A stretch of 64,000 nucleotides of DNA, from NCBI GenBank assembly GCA_963764725.1, contig CAVXTM010000018.1, positions 128,001 to 192,000 of the forward strand. Direction: 5' to 3'. How positions within the stretch are numbered: position 1 is the first letter of the stretch; each line of letters begins with the position of its first letter. The notes under the pieces are model-generated. The model did no database searches. It was not told the origin of the DNA and saw only the letters and a list, made by a program, of their open reading frames with translations. Shown here one piece after another: positions 1 through 9,864 of this stretch. Position numbers and translations under genes: made by a program. This stretch comes from an uncultured Gammaproteobacteria bacterium (GTDB taxonomy: Bacteria; Pseudomonadota; Gammaproteobacteria; JACCXJ01).

Positions 1-1
1 T

Positions 2-304
2 ATCTACGCCAACGAGTCACTGTTCGCGGCTGGTATTCACCCGGCCCGGCCGGCGCGTAGCGTCTCGCGGCTACGTTATGCGCGCCTCGCCAGCAGCATC
101 CGCCGCGTGTTGGATGACGCCATCAATGCGGGCGGGACGACCTTGCGCGACTTCGTCGACAGCCGTGGGCGGCCTGGGTACTTTGCTCAAAACCTTGAGG
201 TTTACGCTCGCGGCGGCCTTGTCTGCCACCGCTGCGGAGCGCCCATAAGGCACAAGCGGATCGGTCAGCGCTCGGCGTATTTCTGTATCATGTGCCAGCG
301 CTAG
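2..304 (+). CDS. mutM: Formamidopyrimidine-DNA glycosylase, C-terminal part (runs off window start)
   Basis: Frame from base 2 reads IYANESLFAAGIHP...GGTTLRDF...GYF...CHRC...RSAYFCIMCQ, the Fpg H2TH and zinc-finger motifs. Confidence 0.95.
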   Translation: MYANESLFAAGIHPARPARSVSRLRYARLASSIRRVLDDAINAGGTTLRDFVDSRGRPGYFAQNLEVYARGGLVCHRCGAPIRHKRIGQRSAYFCIMCQR

Positions 305-340
305 ACCTGTTGCACGCTGGTTGACAACGACTGGAAAGCG

Positions 341-1444
341 TTGAATCGTCTGATTGCGCTCGATTGGCTGCGAGGGTTGGTCATGGTGCTCATGGCCTTG
401 GATCACGCCTCGATCTTCTATAATCCAGGACGGCTGGCGCTCGACTCGGCAACGACCTATACAGCGGGTGCACCCCTACCACCGGAGCAGTTTCTAACGC
501 GATGGCTAACGCATCTGTGTGCGCCGACGTTCGTTTTCCTTGCAGGCACGGTACTCGCACTGAGTATCCATCAACGCATGGCCCGCGGAGATCCGCCGCA
601 ACATATCGACCGGGACCTGTTGATCCGCGGCGCGGTGGTTGCTTCCTTCGACCTCGTGTTCGCCCCCCTCATTGGGGGCAAGTGGGTGTTGCAGGTCATG
701 TTCGCCATCGGGGCGAGCATGGTGCTTATGGTCGCGCTGCGCCGTGTGTGTGATGCTTGGCTCTTGCTGCTCGCGCTGGGGTGGTTTCTTGGCGGCGAAT
801 GGCTTGCCACCCACAATTGGGAGCCGAGCCAACGCGACCCACCGGTCGGGCTCGCGGTCCTCATGGCAGTGTACTACAGTCCGCATCTCGTTATCCTCTA
901 TCCCGTACTGCCTTGGCTCGCGGTCATGCTGAGCGGATGGGTATTTGGGCGTTACCTGTCGAAGAAGGGCGCAAGTCCACAAAACTACCCTGTGAGGTTA
1001 CTAGCCTTGCTGGGGGTCGTGCTGCTTTGGACATATATCGTGGTCCGCGCAGCCAATGGCTATGGCAACATGGGGCTGTTACGCGACGATGAGGGCTGGG
1101 TGCAATGGCTACATGTCAGCAAGTACCCGCCAAGCCTGAGCTTTATGACGATCGAGCTTGGTTTAATGGCCTTGATATGCGGGGTGCTAATGGTTCTAGA
1201 ACGCTACATCAAGCCGAGCCGCAACAATCTCCTGGTCGTCTTTGGCCAGGCGCCGCTGTTCTTCTACTTCCTACATTTCTCGATACTAGCGTTATCAGCG
1301 AGCGTACTCGGGGTCGGCGGCGCGGGTGGACTCGCGTGGGCCTATGGTGCAGCGGGCATCGTCCTTACGGTTCTGTATCCCCTCTGTCGTTCGTATCGAA
1401 ACTACAAGGTCGCGCATCCTCAATCCCTAACGCGCTATTTCTAG
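341..1444 (+). CDS. DUF1624 / HGSNAT-like polytopic membrane acyltransferase
   Basis: LDWLRGLVMVLMALDH, THLCAPTFVFLAG and KYPPSL motifs; many hydrophobic segments. Confidence 0.8.
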   Translation: MNRLIALDWLRGLVMVLMALDHASIFYNPGRLALDSATTYTAGAPLPPEQFLTRWLTHLCAPTFVFLAGTVLALSIHQRMARGDPPQHIDRDLLIRGAVVASFDLVFAPLIGGKWVLQVMFAIGASMVLMVALRRVCDAWLLLLALGWFLGGEWLATHNWEPSQRDPPVGLAVLMAVYYSPHLVILYPVLPWLAVMLSGWVFGRYLSKKGASPQNYPVRLLALLGVVLLWTYIVVRAANGYGNMGLLRDDEGWVQWLHVSKYPPSLSFMTIELGLMALICGVLMVLERYIKPSRNNLLVVFGQAPLFFYFLHFSILALSASVLGVGGAGGLAWAYGAAGIVLTVLYPLCRSYRNYKVAHPQSLTRYF

Positions 1445-1593
1445 CGGTGACGAAATATTCCGCTGACTCTATGAGCCTATGAGCTTCGTCGACAAAATCC
1501 TTCACGCGGTACCGGTTGCGCGGTCTCGCGCTGGAACCGCGCCTGGTAGAAGCGCAGGACGAAACTCACCTGTTGAGCGGCCAGGCCCGGAAA

Positions 1594-3165
1594 TCATCCT
1601 CGCAGCACCCCCGTCTTCCCGTCCTCGACGACGAACGTCGCCAGGGTCGAGATCGGGGCCCCCGGCGTCTTCACGGTGTCAACGGCCTGCATTTCGACGA
1701 CCGCGCGATCGCGCGACAGGGTGACGCGCGTATAGCCGCGCCGCGTGCCGTCGGCGAGCTTGATGTGCGGGTTTTCGGGCAGGTCCGCAGCGATGCGCTC
1801 CGGCGGCCTGCCGTCGGAACTGATGGAGGTAGTCACGAACTCCGTGGCCACCACCGGGGACCCGGGATCGTCGAAGTCGAGCTTGAGATCGGCGGCATAG
1901 AAGGCGTGGACGTCGCCGCCCAGCACGATCGGGTTCGAGACGTGTTGCTCGGCGACGGAGCGTAACAGGCGCGACCGGGCCGCGGGGTAGCCGTCCCAGC
2001 CGTCGGTCCAGAACGACTGCCCGGGCCCGGGCGTTGGATCGAGCCGGGCCATTAGGGTCTGCTGGGCGATGATGTTCCAGCGAGCCCTCGAGCGGGCGAG
2101 GCCCTCGGTGAACCAGCGTTCCTGCCCGGATCCGAGGACACTGCGGTTCGGATCGCTGCGCTCCGAACACGCCTCGACGGTGTTGGAACCGCCCCGTCCC
2201 GGTTTGGGGCAGGCTTGATAGTCGCGATACTGGCGGCCATCGAGCAGATGGAATGCGCAGAGTCCCCCGAAACCGACTCGCGAATGGAGCCGCATATCGG
2301 GTCCCGTCGGGCGCGCGCTCGCCGGCAGGGGCATGTGTTCGTAATATGCCCGGTAGGCTGCCGCCCGGCGAGCCAGGAATTGCTCGCGCGGCGCGAGATC
2401 CTGGGAGCGGTCATTGGCGTAGTCGTTATCGACCTCGTGGTCATCCCATATCACGACCCAGGGAAAAGCGGCGTGGGCCGCTTGCAGATCCAAATCGGAT
2501 CGGTAGAGCGCGTAGCGGTTCCGGTAATCGCCGAGACTTACGGGCTCCGCGCCCGTGTGTGCGCGTACTGGGTGTTTTCCCCAAGAGCCCTCGTAGATGT
2601 AATCGCCGAGGTGTATGACCAGGTCGAGCGCATCGCGGGCCATGTGCCGATAGGCGGTGTAATAGCCGTGCTCGTAGTGCTGGCACGAGGCGAAGGCAAA
2701 GCGGAGCTCGGCCTTCGCGGCACCGCGGGCCGGTGTGGTACGCGTCCGTCCGACCGGGCTCAGCTCCGAACCTGCCTTGAATCGATACCAGTACCAGCGC
2801 CCGGGCGCTAATCCCCTGATCTCGACGTGCACGGAATGGGCGTCCTCCGGTCTCGCCAAGGTAACACCGCGAAGGGCGATGCGCCGAAAGCATTCGTCAT
2901 GGGCCACCTCCCACGCCACCTCGATAGGCAGAGCACCCATCCCGCCATCGTCCACTGGGTCCGGCGCGAGGCGCGTCCATAGCACCACGCCGTCCTCCGT
3001 GGAATAGCCGGAGGCGACGCCGAGCGCGAAGGGATAGCTGGCAAAGCGCGGCCCGGCCCGGACGATCGGGCTCGCGAGTGCGACCGCGCAGCCGAGCGCC
3101 CCGGTCAGGAACGCGCGGCGCGTGCATGAAGTGTCGTCAGCGTCTCCGGTCGTTGAGCTAGCCAT
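1594..3165 (-). CDS. phoD: Alkaline phosphatase D family, Tat-exported
   Basis: TRRAFL Tat motif, FALGVASG, LWTR, HLGDYIYE, WDDHE, DGWDGY, GGDVH. The start at 3165 is preferred over the ORF-track start at 3231. Confidence 0.92.
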   Translation of the reverse strand: MASSTTGDADDTSCTRRAFLTGALGCAVALASPIVRAGPRFASYPFALGVASGYSTEDGVVLWTRLAPDPVDDGGMGALPIEVAWEVAHDECFRRIALRGVTLARPEDAHSVHVEIRGLAPGRWYWYRFKAGSELSPVGRTRTTPARGAAKAELRFAFASCQHYEHGYYTAYRHMARDALDLVIHLGDYIYEGSWGKHPVRAHTGAEPVSLGDYRNRYALYRSDLDLQAAHAAFPWVVIWDDHEVDNDYANDRSQDLAPREQFLARRAAAYRAYYEHMPLPASARPTGPDMRLHSRVGFGGLCAFHLLDGRQYRDYQACPKPGRGGSNTVEACSERSDPNRSVLGSGQERWFTEGLARSRARWNIIAQQTLMARLDPTPGPGQSFWTDGWDGYPAARSRLLRSVAEQHVSNPIVLGGDVHAFYAADLKLDFDDPGSPVVATEFVTTSISSDGRPPERIAADLPENPHIKLADGTRRGYTRVTLSRDRAVVEMQAVDTVKTPGAPISTLATFVVEDGKTGVLRG

Positions 3166-3417
3166 GGCTTGCGCCCTGAGGCTACCACGAAACGGCCTGT
3201 CCTTGGAGGCGTCGGCCGAAACCGGGAGCATTCCTAGTCCGGCTGTGTGATAGGTCTTTCGGAGACTGGTTTAGGACCTGCCTTCACCTCCTCCGTCCTT
3301 CGATCGCTTTACAGTTCGTTGACGACTCGAAGGGAGGCCACATATACTCAACGTTGTGTCGTGAATAAGACAGACGTCCACTTCCGCCATCCAGCCTCCA
3401 TAGCGGCGGAAGATCCG

Positions 3418-4155
3418 ATGCTCACGCTGTATCAGTTTGAATGCTCTCACTACTGCGAGAAAGCCCGTTGGGCACTCGACTACAAAGGGCTCGACTACCG
3501 CACGCGAAACCTGATCCCAGGCCCCCACCGGCTGGTCACCGAGCGCTTGGCCCCGCGCAGCCATGTCCCGATCCTCGTCGATGGGGAGCGGGTTGTTCAG
3601 GGCTCCTCCGAAATCATCGACTACCTCGACAAGCGCTATCCACGCGCCCGCTTGACCCCGGTCGGGGCTAGCGCGGGACAAGAGGCGCACGAATGGGAGC
3701 GCTACCTCGACCGCGAGATCGGGGTTGCGATCCGCTGCTGGTTCTATTTTCACGCCCTACCCGAGCGCAAGCTCGCGGCGCGCTTTCTCTTGCAGGGCGC
3801 GCCGTGGTATGGGGCTCCGCTCTATGCCCTCATCTTCCCGGTCGTGCGGCGAGCCATGCGCTCGCTCATGCGCATCGACGCCGAGAACGCCGCGCGCTCC
3901 GAGTCGCAACTCCGTACGGCCTTGGACCACCTGAACGAGGCCTTGCGCGGGCGCCGCTACCTGGCGGGCCCTGGGGGCTTTTCGAGAGCCGATCTCACGG
4001 CGTGTGCCTTGCTCGCGCCTTTGTGTCTCCCCAATGCAGCCTATGCGCCGGATCTCCCAAAGGCCGTAGCCGCGTTTCGCGCCGAGCATGAGGCCGATCC
4101 TTTCTTCGGCTGGGTGATCGAGACCTACGGCCGTTATCGCCACCGCGACGTTTGA
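3418..4155 (+). CDS. Glutathione S-transferase family protein
   Basis: LYQFECSHYCEKARWALD, HVPIL, GSSEII, FSRADL. Confidence 0.88.
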   Translation: MLTLYQFECSHYCEKARWALDYKGLDYRTRNLIPGPHRLVTERLAPRSHVPILVDGERVVQGSSEIIDYLDKRYPRARLTPVGASAGQEAHEWERYLDREIGVAIRCWFYFHALPERKLAARFLLQGAPWYGAPLYALIFPVVRRAMRSLMRIDAENAARSESQLRTALDHLNEALRGRRYLAGPGGFSRADLTACALLAPLCLPNAAYAPDLPKAVAAFRAEHEADPFFGWVIETYGRYRHRDV

Positions 4156-4277
4156 CGCCGGCCGCGAGCGCCGCCAGCTCTTCCTCGAAGAAGTTGACGG
4201 CGCGACCACGGGTGAACGCGTGCCGCAGCCGTTCGCCGACCGTGTCGAGATCGTCCAGTCGCACCGCCACGGTGCCT

Positions 4278-4782
4278 GGTGACGATTCCCGGAACGGGCC
4301 GCGCAGATCGAGGAGGGGCTGACGCGTAACGGCTATCGGTTGGTTGCCCATGTACCGCCGGATTTGGAACTATATCGCCGGGTTCGTGAGATTGAGCCTG
4401 ATGTGATCATCATCGATACCGACTCCCCCAACCGGGATACGATTGAGCACATCTGCTGCATCACCCACAACTCACCCCGACCGATCGTGATGGTTACCAA
4501 CGATACAGACAGCCACACCATTCGCGCGGCGGTGAATGCGGGAGTGACGGCCTACGTGGTGGATGGCCTAAGCGCGAATCGGCTGCGACCCATCCTGGAG
4601 GTGGCCATCGCCCAGTTTGAGGAATGCCACGCCATGCGGTGCGAACTGGAACAGGCCAAGCTCGCCCTCGCCGAGCGCAAATTTATCGAGCGCGCCAAGG
4701 GTGTGGTGATGCGGCAGCGTCGGCTCGACGAAGAGACGGCCTACAAGTCGATGCGCAAGATGGCCATGGACCGCAACGTCAG
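4278..4782 (+). CDS. nasT: NasT/AmiR-like ANTAR response regulator; lacks its normal start and its last helix, and runs in frame into nrtA
   Basis: (DDS)ERAAQIEEGLTRNGY...PDVIIIDTDSPNRD...GVTAYVVDGL...ERKFIERAKGVVM...AYKSMRKMAMDRN. Confidence 0.75.
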
Positions 4783-5840
4783 AAAGTACGGGATCAATTC
4801 CACGGTCAGCAAAGGCGCGAACTGGGCGGCCATTCGCGACGCGCTTTCCAGCGGCGATATTCAGGCGACTCACATGCTAATCGGGATGCCGATCGCGTCC
4901 ACGATGGGGCTTTTGGGCTCGCCGAAGAAACCGATGATCATCCCGTGGATCCTCAACCGCAACGGCCAGTCCATCACCTTGAAAGCCGACTTGAAAGGTA
5001 AAGTGGCGGCCGATCCCAAAGCGCTGAAGCCGTTGGTCGAAGCGGCGAAGAAGGCGGGCGAACCGATGACCTTCGCCATGACCTTTCCGCCCGGGACGCA
5101 CGCCATGTGGATGCGCTATTACCTCGGCGCGGGCGGCATCAACCCGGACAAGGACGTCGCGCTCATCACCATTCCGCCGGCGCAGATGGTAGCCAACATG
5201 AAGGTCGGCAAGATGGACGGTTACTGCGTCGGGGAGCCGTGGAACGCGCGCGCCGTCGTGGAAGGGATCGGGTTTACGTCGGTCAACACGCAGGATATCT
5301 GGAAGGATCATCCGGAAAAGGTCTGCGCCTTCACCGCGGAATTCGCGGACAAGAATCCCAAGACCGTCAAAGCCGTGCTGAAGGCGTTGCACGAGGCCAG
5401 CGTGTGGCTGGACAAAATGGAAAACCGCCCGGAGCAGTGCGAGATCGTCTGCAAAGCCACCTACATCAACTGTCCGCCGGACATCATCCTCGGCCGCTTG
5501 CAGGGACATTACGATTTCGGCGACGGCCGCAAAACGGAAGATCCGAACTACATGATCTTCAGCGATCGCAACTGCAATTACCCACAGCCAAAGTACGCGA
5601 AGTGGTTTCTGACCCAATTTCGCCGCTGGGGCATGGTGGACGGGCCGCCCGATTACGAAGGGATCGCCAAACAGGTGATGCGCACGGACCTTTACGAAGA
5701 GGCGATGAAGGAAATCGGGTACAAGCACGGCGGGCTCAACAATGATCCGGAAACCTTGTTTGATGGCAAGACGTTCGATCCCGCCAAAGGCGACCGAAGA
5801 ATACGCGACCGCATTCGCGGTCCACAGCACGAAAGGATGA
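4783..5840 (+). CDS. nrtA: Nitrate/bicarbonate ABC substrate-binding protein (NrtA/CmpA), 5'-truncated, frameshift near 5790
   Basis: WAAIRD, NRNGQSITL, AMTFPPGTHAMWMRYYL, IPPAQMVANM, GEPWN, HPEK. The shifted C-terminus EEYATAFAVHSTKG stops at 5840. Confidence 0.85.
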
Positions 5841-5898
5841 TCGGCCGTGGACTGATGACATGTAAATCGACCAGCCGCACCTGTGGCAGGCATCCGCT

Positions 5899-6682
5899 AT
5901 GAACATGAATCCGATAAACATCGATTGGTTGATCCTGCCGCTGCATCGGCGCGACTCGTGGTGATCGGGCTCTGGACGTCTGTGCAGCTCGACTGCTGGG
6001 CGAAGGAACCTGCCTTCACCCGCTGAAAACCTGGGAGGCGAGCAAACTCTACATCCTGAAGCCGTTTGAAAAACGCGGCGAGCTGGATCAGGGCATACTG
6101 CGATTCACCTGGTATTCGCTGGTGCTGGTCGCCAAGGGCTACGCGCTGGCTATTTTGATCGGCACGCCGCTGGGTCTCCTACTCGGGACTTTCGAAGCTA
6201 TTCGCAAAGAGTTTCGATCCGATTATCCAGATCTGCGTCCCGTCTCGCCGCTGGCCTGGTTGCCGTTGGGTCTGGTGTTGTTCCAGAAATCGGAACCGGC
6301 CGCGCTTTTCACCATCGCCGTATGCGCCATGTGGCCGACGGTGTTGAACACGGCGGTGGGCGTGCGCGCGGTTCCGCAGGACTATCTCAATGTCGCGCGG
6401 GTGCTGAAGCTGTCGCGGACCAAGACGCTCTTCAAGGTGCTGATCCCGGCTACCCTGCCGTACATGTTCACCGGCTTCCGGCTCAGCCTCGGTATCGCCT
6501 GGCTGGTGATCGTCGCGGCGGAAATGCTGACCGGCGTGCCCGGTGTCGGCGGGTTTCTCTGGCAGGAATACAACAGCCTGATCTACGAGCACATCATCCT
6601 GTGCATTCTGACCATCGGTGTCGTCGGTTTCATCCTCGACCGACTGATGAGCCTGGTGGAAGCCCGATTCAAATCGATTTGA
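5899..6682 (+). CDS. nrtB: Nitrate ABC permease, several frameshifts in the 5' half
   Basis: LRPVSPLAWLP, WPTVLNTAVGV, GFRLSLGIAWLVIVAAEML. Confidence 0.85.
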
Positions 6683-6692
6683 GACTGACACC

Positions 6693-7618
6693 ATGGCTTT
6701 CCTGGAACTAAAACACGTCAGCAAAGGTTTCCGGTCCAACGGCACCCTAACGCCGGTGCTGCGCGACATCAACCTCTCGATCGAGAAAGGCGAGTTTGTC
6801 GCCATCGTCGGTTACTCGGGCGCCGGCAAAACCACGCTCATCTCGCTGATCGCAGGGTTGATCAGGCCGGACACCGGCAGCGTCACTTTGGATGGCGTGG
6901 AAATTAGCGGGCCCGAGCCCCGATCGCGGGATAGTCTTTCAAAACTATTCGCTGCTGCCGTGGCTGACGACTTACGAAAATGTTTACCTGGCCGTGGATC
7001 AGGTTTTCCGGAACTGGTCGCCCACCCGGAAAAAGGCTCACGCCGAGAAATACATCGCGATGGTGAATCTGTCGCCGGCGCGAGAAAAACGTCCGGCGGA
7101 GCTTTCCGGAGGCATGCGCCAGCGCGTATCGGTCGCGCGTGCGTTGGCCACGGACCCGCGGATTTTGTTGCTCGATGAACCGCTCAGCGCCCTAGACGCG
7201 CTCACTCGGGCAACGCTCCAGGGCGAGATCGCTAGAATCTGGGATCAGGATAAGAAAACCGTGGTGCTCATCACCAACGATGTGGATGAAGGCATCCTGC
7301 TCGCGGACCGCATCATTCCGTTGACCCATGGCGCCCGATGCGACGCTGGGGCCCGCCGTGCCGGTCGAGATCCCTCGGCCGCGCGACCGTAAAGCCATCA
7401 ATCACGACCCGCATTTCAAACAAACTCGGCACCAGGTGATGGATTTTCTCTTGGGCGTTGGCGTTCACCACCGCAAGACCGTCACCCGCAAGCTGCATCT
7501 GCCCGACATCGAACCCGAAGATATATCCTACGGTAAACCCTCACCCTTCTCTTTGTTCCGCCGCGTTCCCCTACGCAGCAAGGAATTCAAGAAAGAGACC
7601 GTGGAGATCGAGACTTAA
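6693..7618 (+). CDS. nrtC: Nitrate ABC ATP-binding subunit, frameshifts near 6910 and 7330
   Basis: [27 protein letters not shown] and LLLDEP spread over three overlapping ORFs. Confidence 0.85.
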
Positions 7619-7651
7619 CCGCACAACGGCAAAATCTGCCACCTAACCCCT

Positions 7652-8575
7652 ATGAACGCATTTCTGACTATCTCTCGTCTCACGAAGATCTACGCTACGC
7701 CGAAAGGTCCGGCGGTTATCGTTAGAGATTTCGATCTTGAAGTGAATAAAGGCGAGTTCGTTTGCCTCATCGGGCATTCCGGCTGCGGCAAGACCACCGT
7801 GCTTTCGATGCTGGCCGGGCTCAACGAGGTCACGAGCGGCGTCATGGTGCTGGCCGGTAAAGAGATTAAGGGACCCGGGCCCGATCGCGGCATGGTGTTT
7901 CAATCGCCGTGTTTGTTGCCGTGGCTGACGGCCTTAGAAAACGTCATGCTCGGGGTGGACCAGGTTTATTACACCGCCACGCGGCAAGAGCGGCATGATC
8001 TCGCCGAGTATTATCTGAGCCTGGTCGGTCTGGGAGATGCCATGGATAAACGACCGGCGGAACTCTCCCAGGGTATGCGCCAGCGCGTCGGGATCGCGCG
8101 TGCGTTCGCCCTATCGCCAAAGATGCTGCTGCTCGATGAACCTTTCGGGATGCTCGATTCGTTGACGCGCTTCGAATTGCAAAAAGTGCTGTTGGACCTG
8201 TGGGGGCGCGATCAAAAGACCGCGTTTATGGTGACGCACGACGTCGACGAAGCGATCTATCTGGCGGACCGTGTGGTCATGATGACCAATGGCCCCGACG
8301 CCGAGGTCGGCGACATATTAGACATACATTTTCCCCGTCCGCGCGACCGAAAAGAGATCATGGAGCATCCTGATTACTATCGGCTTCGAGAACATTTGAT
8401 CGTTTTTCTAGAAGAACGTGCCGAAAAAAAACGCGCGATTACACCCGATACGCTGCCGCATGTCGATGAAAGGATAGTGCAACTCGCATCCACTCAGCAC
8501 AAAGGCCGCAAGGGCTCAAACCCTAGCGGTGCGAATCTGCATGACGATCCCAAGCGGGCAGAAAGTAATCGATGA
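7652..8575 (+). CDS. nrtD: Nitrate ABC ATP-binding subunit
   Basis: [35 protein letters not shown]. Confidence 0.88.
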   Translation: MNAFLTISRLTKIYATPKGPAVIVRDFDLEVNKGEFVCLIGHSGCGKTTVLSMLAGLNEVTSGVMVLAGKEIKGPGPDRGMVFQSPCLLPWLTALENVMLGVDQVYYTATRQERHDLAEYYLSLVGLGDAMDKRPAELSQGMRQRVGIARAFALSPKMLLLDEPFGMLDSLTRFELQKVLLDLWGRDQKTAFMVTHDVDEAIYLADRVVMMTNGPDAEVGDILDIHFPRPRDRKEIMEHPDYYRLREHLIVFLEERAEKKRAITPDTLPHVDERIVQLASTQHKGRKGSNPSGANLHDDPKRAESNR

Positions 8576-8660
8576 GTGCGTTCGACTTGGGTGAAGGATA
8601 ACTTCGTTCTGGATGGCAGCCGGTTACGGCCCGAACGCCCGAAGCTTTGAGGGGTCCCGC

Positions 8661-9230
8661 ATGGCCGTGCTGACGCGGGTGTGCTTCCGGGGCGGGAAAG
8701 TCGGCGAGTGGCGAGTGCTGCGCATGCAGACGCTCGCCGGGCTACCGCTCGAGCCGGTCGCATCTCTGAACCGGCAGGAACGCCCTGGCCCGGCGGCCGA
8801 TGGCGCCGTGTGGTCCCTGCACGGCGTGACCTCGCATCAGCACTATGTCGAAGGGCGCGAGAAACTGCAGCTTGAAGCGGTGCAGGCGGGGCTCGGCCGC
8901 GCCGAGGCCACTCACGCCGCGCTCATACCGATCACCAAATCAGCCACCTGGTGGGATCTACCTCAGGATGAGCGGCGCGCAATCTTCGAGGAGCGCTCTC
9001 ACCATATCTCGGCGTCCCTCAAGTATCTCCCCGCGATCGCACGGCGACTCTACCACTCGCGCGAGCTGGGCGGGCCGTTCGACTTTCTGACTTGGTTCGA
9101 GTTCGCGCCCGAGCACGCGGGCCTCTTCGATGAGATGGTCGCCATGCTGCGCGAAACAGAGGAGTGGTGGTACGTGGAACGCGAGGTGGATATCCGGCTC
9201 ACGCGCGCGACGGGATCTGCGAGCGGATAG
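8661..9230 (+). CDS. cld: Short (clade II-type) chlorite dismutase family heme protein
   Basis: WWDLPQDERRAIFE..SHHI, IARRLYHSR, FDFLTWFEF, EEWWYVERE; GAGGGG RBS before ATG 8661. Confidence 0.82.
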   Translation: MAVLTRVCFRGGKVGEWRVLRMQTLAGLPLEPVASLNRQERPGPAADGAVWSLHGVTSHQHYVEGREKLQLEAVQAGLGRAEATHAALIPITKSATWWDLPQDERRAIFEERSHHISASLKYLPAIARRLYHSRELGGPFDFLTWFEFAPEHAGLFDEMVAMLRETEEWWYVEREVDIRLTRATGSASG

Positions 9231-9243
9231 AGGCGCCCGGCGG

Positions 9244-9281
9244 CGCACCAATATGATGCTGCGTTGCACCATCCTAATGCC
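9244..9281 (+). promoter_or_regulatory. Two tandem NtrC-type binding sites
   Basis: cGCACCAATATGATGCt (9244-9260) and tGCACCATCCTAATGCc (9265-9281) resemble TGCACC-N5-GGTGCA and lie 21 bp apart. Confidence 0.7.
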
Positions 9282-9369
9282 TGATCGCCCCGATACCGGG
9301 CTACCCCTTGATTCCATGAAATTCCATAACTAATTAATATTGCGAGAGATGTTGCCATTGCAAATCTGC

Positions 9370-9384
9370 TGGCACCGGTCTTGC
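9370..9384 (+). promoter_or_regulatory. Sigma54 (-24/-12) promoter
   Basis: TGGCAC-CGGTC-TTGC, about 90 bp downstream of the NtrC-like sites with an AT-rich spacer between them. Confidence 0.8.
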
Positions 9385-9543
9385 CCGCCTTTTGTATATC
9401 GTTCGTCCGCGGGAAAATACTGCCAGTGAGAGCTGGTGCGACCGGTGGGTGACCGGCCTCAGGGAGCGACCCTCAACACCGGCGCCTCGGCCGCACCACC
9501 TGTCACTGGCGTTAGATCGGAGAAGCAATAGGATGAAGCAATT

Positions 9544-9864
9544 ATGAACTGGTTAGCGTTAATGTTCGGCGGTGATGCGGGCTGGCAAGGGTTCGGGCGG
9601 ATCGCCCGTATTTCCGGAACCGTGATGGGACTCGCGCTCCTCGGGGGCTTGTTTCACTTTCTTCCCAAAGGCGACACCGCGATGCAAGTCTATGAACCGA
9701 TGCGGCAGGCCGCCGCCGTATTATGCTCGGCCAGCGCATCGGATCGACGGGTGCTGCGGCGGATCGTTGAAGACGCCGTGAGCCCGCATCTCCTACACAT
9801 CGAGTGCGAGTCCGTGGCGGTCCTACAGCATGCCGTAGGCTTCCAAGGTCAAGAACGCCGGTAG
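9544..9864 (+). CDS. Hypothetical protein with an N-terminal hydrophobic segment, possibly a truncated gene
   Basis: Only forward ORF behind the sigma54 promoter; its 3' end overlaps the aceB stop. Confidence 0.35.
   Translation: MNWLALMFGGDAGWQGFGRIARISGTVMGLALLGGLFHFLPKGDTAMQVYEPMRQAAAVLCSASASDRRVLRRIVEDAVSPHLLHIECESVAVLQHAVGFQGQERR

Noticed and set aside
6693-7618. Programmed ribosomal frameshifting in nrtC, kaiC or the kinase
   Set aside because: Too many scattered shifts without slippery-site signatures; sequencing insertions are the simpler explanation.
9400-9530. Assignment of the hairpin to the glnA, guanidine or SRP RNA families
   Set aside because: The diagnostic motifs (GGAAGUA..GAAG, GGGAUAAAAGCCCG, CAGG..GGAA..AGCAG) are not present.
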